A DNA stretch of 64,000 bases from Octopus vulgaris. Its lineage: Eukaryota. Of this stretch, positions 53,567 to 64,000 are shown in pieces. Location: assembly GCA_951406725.2 (NCBI GenBank), contig OX597827.1:78182001-78246000 (forward strand), in the 5' to 3' direction. The notes beneath the pieces are model-generated. The model had not been told where the DNA came from. It did not search any database and saw nothing but the letters and a program-made list of their open reading frames with translations. Made by a program: the position numbers and the translations under genes. Each line of letters opens with the position of its first letter. Position 1 is the first letter of the stretch.

Positions 53567-54671
53567 TTAATTACACAATAAATAACAGCATTTAGACATT
53601 TTTTGAAGATATTGTACCTTAGAAGGGTCATTATGCCAATAAGAAACACTCGTATAATAATGCTGGGGGTAGGTGCAGGTATAGCTGTGTGGTAAGAAAT
53701 TCACTTCCCAACCACATGGTCCCTGGTTCAGTCCCACTGCGTGAAACCTTTGGCAAGTGTCATCTACTACAGCATTGGACCAAGCAAATCTGGATTTGGT
53801 AGATGGAAACTAAAAGAAGCCTGTTGTGTGTGTGTGTGTGTGTCTATGTTTGTCTCCCATCACTGCTTAACTGGTGTTGGTGTGTTTATGTCCCTGTGAC
53901 TTAGCAGTTTAGCAAAAAAGACTGATAGAATAAGTATCAGGCTTTGAAAAAATAAATAAATAACGAGGTGGATTCATTCGACTAAAAATTCTTCGCAGTG
54001 CCCCAGCATGGTCGCAGTCTTATGACAGAAACAAGTAAAAGATAAAGCTGGACTGGTCAGACCAATCCCTGTTTTTCTGTCCACAGAGAGGTTATGCAGG
54101 CATTCGTTTGCATTTGCCCCTCATGCCCTCATGTCTTCTCAACTAAACCCCGTGTTACAACAATGGATTCACCCTGCAGTACAATTACCGTATCAATGGC
54201 ACATTGATTCACGCATCAATAATTAATATATACTTCTGTTCTAACATATCGTAATTAAAAATGACTGCTAATTATATACTTGGTGGTGATTGGGCAGAGA
54301 CATTGGCCCACAGGACAAAAGGCTTAGCGGCATTTCGTCCGTCTTTACATTCTGGGTTCAAGATCTGCCTAAGTTGACTTTACCTTTTATTGTGTTAGGG
54401 TTGGTAAAATAAGTACTAGCTGAATGGGAGGTTGGGGGTTCAATGTAATCAAGTTACCTCCTCTGCTCCCCCAAATTGCTGGCATTGTGCCAAAATTTGA
54501 AACCAGTAATATAGTTAAACATTCATATCAAATAAAGGAAAATGATTACTATACAACTAGTATACGTGTGTGATATGTATATATATATATATGTGTGTGT
54601 GTGTATATATATATGTATGTGTGTATGTATGTATGTATATATATATGTGTGTATGTATATATATGTGTGTG

Positions 54672-55253
54672 TATCCAGCCCACTTATGAGTACCCCTCAT
54701 TCATTGCTCAATGAACATTGCTTGTGAAGACATTTTGAGGCAAGTGTAAAAAAATCAAAATCGCTGACGTGGCCAATGACAGTACCACCTGATTGGCACT
54801 TGTGCCAGTGGAAGGTTAATAGCACATCCAAGTGTGGTCGTTGCCAGGGCCATGGATTGGCTCCTGTGCCAGTGACACGTGAAAAGCACCATTCAAGCAT
54901 GACCGTTGCTAGCGTCGCCTTACCTTACCGGCACATGTGTCAGTGGCACGTGGAAAACAAAATTCGAGCGTAGTCGTTGCCAGTGGCGCTGAACTGGCTT
55001 CTGTCCAGGTAGGACGTAAAAAAACACCTTTTGAGTGTGTTGTTGTCAGAACAGCCTGACTGACCCCCATGCTGGTGGCATGTAAAAGCATCCACTACAC
55101 TCTTGGAGTGGTTGGCCTTAGGAAGGGCATCCAGCTGTAGAAACACTGCCAGATCAGACCGGAGCCCAGTGCAGCCACCTGGCTCACCAGTCTTCAGTCA
55201 AACCGTCCAACCCATGCCAGCATGGAAAGCAGACGTTAAACGATAATGATGAT
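54672..55253 (+). mobile_element. RTE LINE 3'UTR copy with expanded internal tandem units
   Basis: About five GTGGCACGT-AAAAGCACC-like units followed by the conserved tail. Confidence 0.75.
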
Positions 55254-55495
55254 TTTGAAACGCAGAGTAGAAGAAACAGGGACAACTGAAAAAGGGGAAC
55301 TTTCCTTGTACTCTGTTTTTTCGTTGTTTGAAAAAAAAGTTTGTTTCCATGTTTTTGTTTTTATGTTTTCATTTCTCATTGTGTTCAACGTTTTTTTTTA
55401 CGTCCTGTACCCATGTATGCATGTATATATACATATAGATGTAGGTGTGTACATATATGTATGTATATATGCATATATTTATATATTATTTATAT

Positions 55496-55534
<39 letters not shown>

Positions 55535-56579
55535 TACATACAGAGGGAGGGTGAGAGAGAGAAAATTATATACAGTATATGTATGATGTAACATGTAACT
55601 CTGTGATATTAATAAAGCAATGAGACAGCTTCTGCTCTGTCATTGAACCTACTAGAAATAGCAGCCAAATCTGCCTCAACTCAGTCTGCTGTCTTAAAAA
55701 CCGTGGGACAGTCATTTTGAATAATGTAGTCTCTAATATACAAAAGAGGGATGGTCATATCTTGAATGTCGTTAGGCATATGTCTGACCTAGGTTGTCCC
55801 AGGCAACAGTGTGTGTGTGTGTGTGTGTGTGTTTGATTGGGGAAAAGCAGCATTTATAAGTAGAATTTCTTTGTGAATTTCCCCCGTTAAAATGAAAATC
55901 CCAAATGTCTTATTGCAATTTGGTGACCCTGGACTGCACCACTTGGTGGTAGGATATCATCTTTCTGTAGGTCCACATAATTTGGCCACACACACACACA
56001 CACACACACAGAGTGAGCTGTTTGTTATCTTTATGCAAATAACTACTAAGCTCTATGTAAACATCCCTGTCACATGACCACAATGGTGACATAACCACGG
56101 TAACCATGGTAACCGGTACTATGAATAGATGTGATATTAATATAATTGTAAAAGCCTCTGTAATCTCTATTCAGAGATTAATTAAAATTCTCTTGGGTGC
56201 TATCTGCATGGAAAAATGATAGTTAAGTCACTGCTGGCATATTTAATGCAAGGAAGCATCAGAAACAAGCCAAAAAGTTGTAAATCATAAACTTGGCTGT
56301 AATTGCTGAAATACTGATGAGAGATCTCTGCAGGTTTTCTATAGAAATTCCAGCTGACACTGATTTTGTTACAATGTTTCATATCCGAGATGCCTTGGGT
56401 AAACAGCAATGAGATGGAAAATGGGTGATGAGTGTATCTGCCAAATGTCAGGAGTTTTTGTTCTGTCATCAACACCCATCCGACCCATTGGCCGTCCACA
56501 AACTCATTACTTAAATGGCCACTGCTAACACAGTATTGACTTGTAAAAATGTTTTAGATATTTTGTAGTATATTACAGC

Positions 56580-56865
56580 TAATGGAAATTGTAGTTGCGA
56601 TCCCCGTGCAGGTGGCATGTAAAAAGCACCATCCGAATGTGGACGATGCCAGTGCCACCTTGACTGGCTTCCGTGTCGGTGGCATGTAAAAAGCACCCAC
56701 TCCACTCTCGGAGTGGTTGGCATTAGGAAGGGCATCCAGCTGTAGAAACACTGATCAGATTGGGGCCTGGTGCAGCCATCTGGCTTCCCAAACTAGAGTC
56801 GAACCGTCCAACCCTTGCCAGCATGGAAAACGGACATTAAACGATGATGATGATGATGATGATGA
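56580..56865 (+). mobile_element. RTE LINE 3'UTR copy
   Basis: Two repeat units and a (GAT)n tail. Confidence 0.7.
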
Positions 56866-56897
56866 CAACAAAATATGGTGTCCCTACAGGCATTTAA

Positions 56898-57116
56898 CCC
56901 TTTAGTGTTCAGATTATTCAATCAAACATAATGCCTATTGATTCCCATTGATTTGAATTAATCATGCATTATCTCATGTCTTCAAGATCTTGATGGTGTA
57001 ATTACTTAATGTAGAATAACATTGTAGGGTAGGTGTGAGAGCCTGGATCTGGTCAGTTTGAACATAAAACAGGTTAGCTATTTTGGCCAGATATGGCAGG
57101 TTTAAATACTAAAGGG
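56898..57116. mobile_element. piggyBac-like MITE
   Basis: TTAA-CCCTTTAG...CTAAAGGG-TTAA. Copies at about 3853-4073, 34222-34443, 35333-35919 and 50590-50815. Confidence 0.8.
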
Positions 57117-57172
57117 TTAATAACTGATGAAAGAATTGCCAAATAATAGAATACACACCAGTTATATGTACA

Positions 57173-57543
57173 CTAGCAGTATCGCCCGGCGTTGCTCAGG
57201 TTTGTAAGGGAAATAACTATAAAGCATTTTTAGAGAGTTATAGCCAAAAAATAGGAAAAAAATTATGGTAAATTTTTTTTTAGTTAAAAAAGGTGGAGTT
57301 GCGTCCCCTAGACAGTTTGCGGTTTGTGTTTCTGATTCTCGACCCCATGTCGAATTTATCAATTTTTTCAGAACTGGGGGAACTTTTCAAAATTTTCGCT
57401 GCGTTAGTTTTGAATTATGACATTGGGCTATGTGTGTGTCAAGTTTCATCAGAATCGGTTGAAAGCCGTGGTCAGGGTGAGGGTACAACCTGACAGACAC
57501 ACAGAAACACGCACAGACAAACTGCCGTTTATATATAGAGAGA
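57173..57543 (-). mobile_element. Non-autonomous Helitron
   Basis: Minus strand begins A|TC(TCTCTATATATAAA) and ends CTAG|T, with a GC-rich hairpin CCTGAGCAACGCCGGG just upstream. No TSD. Confidence 0.8.
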
Positions 57544-57666
57544 TTAACTGTTCTAACAGAAACTTTATTATTGTCTTTGTATGCAGATTGTGTCTGAAAA
57601 TAATTTAAATCTCTCAACATTTCTTCTTGTTATTTTTCCTACACTGTCTAGTTACATGATGTATTA

Positions 57667-57697
<31 letters not shown>

Positions 57698-57706
57698 GCA
57701 TGTATA

Positions 57707-58046
57707 GTGAAGGAGCATGGCTCAGTGGTTAGAGCATCGAGCTTACGATCATGAGGTTGTGAGTTTGATTCCTGGACCCAGCTGCATGTTGTGTTCTTGA
57801 GCAAGACACTTTATTTCACGTTGCTCCAGTTCACTCAGCTGTAGAAATGAGTTGCGACATCACAGGTGCCAGGCTGTATCGGCCTTTGCCTTTCCCTTGG
57901 ATAACATCAGTGGTGTGGAGAGGGGAGGCTGGTATGCATGGATGACTGCTGGTCTTCCATAAAAAAAGCAACCTTGCCTGGACTTGTGTCTTGGATGGTG
58001 ACTTTCCAGGTGCAATGTCATGGTCATTCATGACCGAAGGGGGTCT
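57707..58046 (+). mobile_element. SINE family D copy
   Basis: Colinear with the reverse complement of 17233-17568. Confidence 0.85.
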
Positions 58047-58531
58047 CCTATATATATGTATAACAGTATATACTATCACATATATATTGTTTTACTTGTT
58101 TCAGTCTTTGACTGTGGCCATGTTGGAGCACTGCCTTTAGTCGAACAAATTGACCTCAGGACTTATTCTTTGTAAGCCTAGTACTTATCCTATCTCATTT
58201 GCCGAACCACTAGCGATGGTGGGGGGACAAACACAGATACTCAAACATATATATGTATATATATATATATGACTGGTTTCTTTCAGTTTCTGTCTACCAA
58301 ATCCCTTCACAAGGCTTTGGTTGGCCTGAGGCTATAGTAGCAGACACTTGCCCAAGGTGCCATGCAGTGGGACTGAACCCAGAACCATGTGGTTGAGAAG
58401 CAAGCTTCTTACCACACAACCACTGCTATGCCTGTATATATATTATAACAGTATATATCTGATGTATAATATTGTACATTTACTTGGTGATTCCTTCATC
58501 ATTACTTCAGCTAGTAATGTGGTGGCTGTGC

Positions 58532-58571
58532 TTCTCTGATGAGGTGTAATACAACCGGAATGTTTTCAGAA
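58532..58571 (+). ncRNA. Decayed hammerhead motif
   Basis: TTCT-CTGATGA-GGT(GTAATACA)ACC-GGAA-TGTTTTC-AGAA. Stems I and II pair; GAAA is changed to GGAA. Confidence 0.45.
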
Positions 58572-59006
58572 TTCTCTCCCTAAATTTCTTAGATGGACAG
58601 CCAGTTGTGGCTCTGTTTATATGAAACCACCAACACAATCATCCTGCTGTATTTGTACCTTGATGAAATACCTTTACTACCTTAAGTCCAATGTTAAATT
58701 AGGATTAAGCACCTGTGTTAGAGCCACGTTTGAAGCACGGGTGGTAGCACCACATAAGAAGCACCCAGTACACACTGTAAAGGGGTTGGCATCAAGAAAG
58801 GCATCCAGTCGTAGACACCATGCTAAAACAGACAGTAGAGCTGGATAGAAGCCTCTGGCTAGCCAGCTCCTGTCAAACCATCCAACCCATCCATGCCAGC
58901 ATGGAAAACAGACATTAAATGATGATGATGATGATGATGTTGATCCATTTTGTCGTCTTCCCAAATGCTAATCTTTAATAATTTCTTGTTTTCTCTTATA
59001 TTTCAG

Positions 59007-59284
59007 ATAAAAACCAAAAAACAATGCAGAAAGAAGGCTCCGTTGAAGAAACACTCCTCTCTGTCCAGACTAGAAGACCACATATCAACTAACTGGATGC
59101 AAACACATTATTGACTGCACACATAGACATACCTACACACGTACCTATATTCATACACACTTTGTTCTCTAGCTCGCCTGCTCTGTCTGTGTGTGAGTGT
59201 GTAGTTTATATATATATATATTCATAAATATAGTGTTTGTTCTCTTTTTTATTATTTTAAGGAAGGACTCTTAAAAAAATCTCT
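59007..59284 (+). other. 5' UTR portion of the terminal coding exon (splice acceptor AG at 59005-59006)
   Basis: Pyrimidine tract atttcttgttttctcttatatttcag precedes 59007. Weaker alternative acceptors at 59172 (ttgttctctag) and 59261 (ttttttattattttaag). Confidence 0.65.
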
Positions 59285-61201
59285 ATGAACTTTGAAGCGA
59301 ACATGGAGAAACTCCCTTCGGATGGAAAACCACCAGTCCATGGGAACATTGCTCGGAAGCAATTTCCCACACCCCCTAACAGCCTTCAGCCTCATCGAAT
59401 GCAAGATGTTAATGAGAAAACATTTCCCAACCAAACGTATGTGAACCAGTTTGCCCAGAGCTACTACCTGCAGACTCATGGGCTGATGCATACAAATCAA
59501 AAGTTATTTCATGGACACATCTATGGCAACCAGTTTCCACAGAACTGCTACTTCCAGACATATGAAACTATGCACGCTATTGAGAAGCAAACGCAGAGTG
59601 CTGCGGCAGCAGCAGCAGCAGCTGCTGCCGCCGCTGCACCGTGTCCTAAACAGTCCCCCCAAATGCAGCCCATCGTAAACAATAAGCCAGTCGTAGCCAA
59701 CGTGCCGAAGCCGCAGCCCCCTTCGACACCTGTGAAGCCGTACCAGTGCGACACCTGCCCAAAACAATTTGCTCGCCGAAACACACTGCAGTTGCACCAG
59801 AGGATCCATACTGGTGAGAAACTGTTCCAATGCAGCTTTTGTGAAAAACAGTTTATCCACAGAGATAAGCTGCAAATCCACGAGAGGATTCATACGGGTG
59901 AAAAGCCGTTTCACTGTGAATTTTGTAACAAGCAATTCTCTCGTAAGGACAAACTGAAAATTCACCGAAGCACGCACACGGGAATCAGGCCCTACAATTG
60001 CAGTTACTGTGAGAAACGATTCGTCCAGAGAGACAAGCTGAAAGTCCATGAGAGGATCCATACGGGGGAGACGCCGTTTCACTGTGAATTTTGCACCAAA
60101 CAATTTTCCCGCGGTGACAAGCTACAATTACATAGGCGGACACATACAGGTGAGAAATTGTTCCATTGCCATTACTGTGAGAAACAGTTTGTTCATAGGG
60201 ATAAGCTTCAGATTCATGAGAGGATTCACACAGGTGAGACGCCCTTCCACTGTGAATTTTGTCCGAAGCAGTTTTCCCGTAAAGACAAGCTGAAAATTCA
60301 TAAGAGTACACACACGGGCGAAAGGCCGTACCAGTGTAAATATTGTGAAAAACAGTTTGTCGAAAAGGGGAAAATGAAGATCCACGAGAGACTCCATACG
60401 GGAGAGAAGCCTTTTCACTGTGAATTTTGTCCGAAACAATTTTCTCGAGGTGACAAGCTGCAGTTGCATAGAAGGACACACACGGGTGAGAAACTGTTCC
60501 AGTGTAACTATTGTCCGAAGCAGTTCGTCCAGAAGGACAAACTGCAGATTCATGAAAGGACTCATACAGGGGAGAAACCCTTTCACTGTGAGATCTGCTC
60601 GAAACAGTTTGCGAGGAAAGACCGTCTGCAAATCCATCGAAGGACTCACACCGATGAAAAACCTTTCCATTGTGAAATTTGCTCAAAAAAATTTGCCCAA
60701 AGGTATCACTTGAAGATCCATAGACGAATACACACAGGCGAAAAACCATTTCACTGTGAGATTTGTCCGAAGCAATTTGCAAGGAAGGACAAACTGCAGA
60801 TACATACAAGAAGTCATACGGGCGAGAAACCGTTTCAGTGCGATATATGTCGAGAACAATTCGTCCGGAAACCTCAACTGCAAGCACATAAAAAGATACA
60901 TGCATCTCCTGATAAGCCACTGAATTGCGAAATGTGTATGCAACAATTCCCTCAGCGAGATGCTCTTCAGATGCACCACAGAATACATGCCACGAGTACA
61001 TCTCCACCACCACAGTGTGACATATGTACAAAGCAGTTTGCCACCATGGAAGAAATGCAAAATCACAAAAGAATACATAAACCTGTCCGGAACAATTTCT
61101 TGAAGCCAACTTCATGCAAAAACATCAAAGAGTACACACCGATGAGTACTCTGTTATGGCAGACTCTCTACCCAGGTCCCGGTTTACAGAACCAAGTCTG
61201 A
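59285..61201 (+). CDS. Tandem C2H2 zinc-finger transcription factor (638 aa, 16 fingers, N-terminal poly-Ala and Pro/Gln-rich region, no KRAB/SCAN/BTB recognisable)
   Basis: Uninterrupted ORF with 16 CxxC-x12-Hxxx-H motifs, most joined by TGEKP-type linkers. It is the only long non-repeat ORF in the window and is typical of the expanded coleoid C2H2 family. Confidence 0.95.
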   Translation: MNFEANMEKLPSDGKPPVHGNIARKQFPTPPNSLQPHRMQDVNEKTFPNQTYVNQFAQSYYLQTHGLMHTNQKLFHGHIYGNQFPQNCYFQTYETMHAIEKQTQSAAAAAAAAAAAAAPCPKQSPQMQPIVNNKPVVANVPKPQPPSTPVKPYQCDTCPKQFARRNTLQLHQRIHTGEKLFQCSFCEKQFIHRDKLQIHERIHTGEKPFHCEFCNKQFSRKDKLKIHRSTHTGIRPYNCSYCEKRFVQRDKLKVHERIHTGETPFHCEFCTKQFSRGDKLQLHRRTHTGEKLFHCHYCEKQFVHRDKLQIHERIHTGETPFHCEFCPKQFSRKDKLKIHKSTHTGERPYQCKYCEKQFVEKGKMKIHERLHTGEKPFHCEFCPKQFSRGDKLQLHRRTHTGEKLFQCNYCPKQFVQKDKLQIHERTHTGEKPFHCEICSKQFARKDRLQIHRRTHTDEKPFHCEICSKKFAQRYHLKIHRRIHTGEKPFHCEICPKQFARKDKLQIHTRSHTGEKPFQCDICREQFVRKPQLQAHKKIHASPDKPLNCEMCMQQFPQRDALQMHHRIHATSTSPPPQCDICTKQFATMEEMQNHKRIHKPVRNNFLKPTSCKNIKEYTPMSTLLWQTLYPGPGLQNQV

Positions 61202-61848
61202 ACTCCGATCTTTATTTCTGCTTCTTCAAAGAAAACCCTTCACAGCATCCCACCAATTAAACTACAAGAAAATAGCAGGAGTCGATGACGAAAGCTATAG
61301 AAGAAAATTTAAAGAGAAAGAGCTTTGAACCTTGAATTTGGCAGGAAAAATCTCACCAAGTATAAAAAGTTCTTTGATATATACACACATACATGTAAAT
61401 GTATATATATGTATAAGTATATATATGTATATATATGTATATGTATGTATATGAAATTTTTTTTTCTACTGTTCAGTTTGAGACCGTTACACTTTTCAGT
61501 GTGTTTGTGTATCAGTGAGTAAATCTCATTCGAACTTTTAAACCCCTCCACGCCCCTCACCCACAAAAAAAAAATTATGCTTCAGTTCATACGTCTGCAC
61601 TCAGTTCTACTTTCACAGCTGGCTACACCCCACACCTGAGCTCTTTGTTTACGCCGCATCCTCCTAACCATTGAAACGACGACACATTCTCATTGAAGCT
61701 TATCTCTAGAAAACAACCTCATAACCACACGTAAAGAAATGGAGGAAATTTCTATGAAAATCTCTTTTTTTTTAAAACGGGATATTTTTTATGTCATTGT
61801 GTTCCCAACAGAAGAATTCCACTGATGAACACAGATGTTTCCAATTGG

Positions 61849-61854
61849 AATAAA
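61849..61854 (+). terminator. Candidate polyadenylation signal AATAAA (others at 63041 and 63845)
   Basis: First AATAAA I noticed downstream of the ZNF stop; usage unverified. Confidence 0.3.
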
Positions 61855-62231
61855 TTCAGCCCCCAACCATTGAATCTTTTAACTTTACATGAAAAACTGA
61901 ACAGAACCAGAAAAGAGGCCAGGGAAAACTGACCAATCAGGAAGGTTTTTCTATATCTATTCTGTTTCAACCCAATTCAGGCAGGAATTACATTGCAAGA
62001 AACACTTCCTTGGATTGGCCGGTTTCTCTAAAATCCCTCAGATTATAAAATATCTTCACTCTTCATTCTATACTCGGAGACTGAGATGTCTTGTGTTCTT
62101 AGATCAGCTGCCATTTATGTAAACTTATATACATGTCTGTTTACATATATATATATACAGACACACACACACATGTATGTATATGTATATATATATATAT
62201 ATATATGTGTATATGTACATACATGTATGCA

Positions 62232-62273
<42 letters not shown>

Positions 62274-62518
62274 TATATACATACATACATCTGAAATAAC
62301 TATTACAAAAAGAATTTAGCTGAGTACAAAAATATAAATCTGTTACTCTCCAGTTATGAAAGTGTGTTTGTGTTGTATAATATATATGTATAGCATCCAT
62401 ACATGTGTGTGTATGTATATATATATACACACACATATATATATATAAACACACGCACTCATATATATGTACATACATATATATATACATATATGTATGC
62501 ATGTGTGTGTGGGTGTGG

Positions 62519-62562
<44 letters not shown>

Positions 62563-64000
62563 CACACACACACACACACACAACACATAGTACACACACT
62601 GTTCTATGTACGCAATGTGTTTATGAGTAAAACTATCCAAAATATCCCTTCCCTTTATTTATCAGGGGTCAACACAACAGGGGACAGCTTCCACCAGTAT
62701 CCCCTCATCCCCAAGTATTTTCCGTTTCTGCCACTGCATTACCAATAACTATCAGGGAGGAGGAGGAGGAAGAAGAAGAGATAGTATGCGTGTGTGTGTG
62801 GGGAAGAGGTCAGGTTCATCGTTTCATTGTATTTCACTTCACTGTTGATTGTATTTCAAATGGCACCTGAATTATAGAACCTGGTTTGTCTGCTGTTGGA
62901 CATAGAATAACATATCTTGTGTGTGTGTGTATGCATACATGTGTTTATATATAGGTTTCTCTCCATTTCTACTGTAAGTTTCTGTGTGAAAAATGGAAAC
63001 ATGAAACTCAGAGTAGTGCTGGAGAGAACCTCCAGCTTTGAATAAATGAATATGTTCTATATATACTCTAATATATGTATTGAGTACCTTTCTTGCTCTT
63101 GTAAATTCAAATGCTCACGTGTGTGTGTGTGGATTTATATATATATATATATATATGAACATCAGGCATAAACATATTTATGTAAACAGCATGCATACAC
63201 GTTATATATATACTTTCTTATTTTTAAGCCAACAACCCATTAAAAATAGTGACAACGATGATGATGATGATGATAATAATAATAATAATAATAACGTCAT
63301 GCTCTGTTTAGCTTGATATGAGGTCACCATGTCTTTCACATTTGGATGTGATGCATGTGTCTGGTGTACCCTTATCAGACGGGTAGTAACTATGGGTATA
63401 TTGGGCTTTGTATATTTGTAACCCAGCATCACTTTGATGGCATGTATCGCTATCTTAACAACAACAACAACAATAATAATAATAATGATGATGATGCTTG
63501 AGATTGTATTGCTGTGTAATCTTGAGAAACCTCAAAATGTGTAGTTTTATGTCGTTGGTGGTTGTGGGGGTTCACTGTTAACGTCGACAGTAACTTTGGT
63601 GTAGTGTGGCTGTTGGAGACTAGGTAGAAGCCTTTGGGAGTAGTTGTAGAGATCACAGGCATAGTGTTGGTTGTCAGCACTCCAAGCAAGGCAACTATTT
63701 CACATACCCCCCCACCCCCAACAAGCCATGGCCCATCACTACTTTCATTATTTTCTTTTTGTTTTGAAATCTTGCACCCTCAGGGCCACTGTCCCCTGTG
63801 GGTGCACCCATGCTACATCACTGGTATAAATGTCAATGACCCTTAATAAAACCAGCGATCGGATCTTTCACAAATCCATTCTGACTTTAGTATGACTGCT
63901 CATTAACAGCTGATAACTCACTATGAAGTGCAGTCTTTTAATTAATTAACATTGCATTAGTTTATTATGTTTCGGCCATTGATCAATAATGAGTTTTAGG

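Noticed and set aside
54780-55100. CRISPR-like repeat-spacer pattern (about 20-bp repeat with 40-50-bp spacers)
   Set aside because: Eukaryotic context, no cas genes, spacers related to one another, and the array is part of a dispersed RTE 3'UTR.
59985-61115. 376-aa antisense ORF and other ORFs overlapping the ZNF
   Set aside because: Shadow frames of the repetitive zinc-finger codons; they show the same 28-aa periodicity and no independent domain.

Overview
Eukaryotic, AT-rich DNA saturated with microsatellites and transposon relics. The SINE, RTE and Penelope families and the (TA)/(TG)/(ATC) content point to an octopus or other coleoid cephalopod; this is an inference. There is one real protein-coding ORF: a single-exon tandem C2H2 zinc-finger CDS (59285-61201, +, 638 aa, 16 intact fingers). 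It appears to be preceded by a long non-coding 5' structure: a candidate TSS/exon 1 at about 14603-15144, a 69-nt internal exon at 24253-24321 and a terminal-exon acceptor at 59006/59007, each carrying uORFs. The rest is intronic or intergenic: four tRNA-derived SINE families, RTE LINE fragments, mariner relics, hAT/piggyBac/foldback MITEs, a Helitron and a Helentron-like element. The most notable hidden signal is about ten Penelope-type minimal hammerhead ribozyme motifs from several families. Most are degenerate, one is near-perfect, two share a U4C core variant, and one sits in a tRNA-headed SINE-like element. Other highlights are ZNF fingers whose predicted site resembles the GGT/GAT tracts beside the candidate promoters, relic fingers at both protein ends (one frameshifted), and a long 3'UTR hairpin. 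All calls were made by eye; no alignments or database searches were run.
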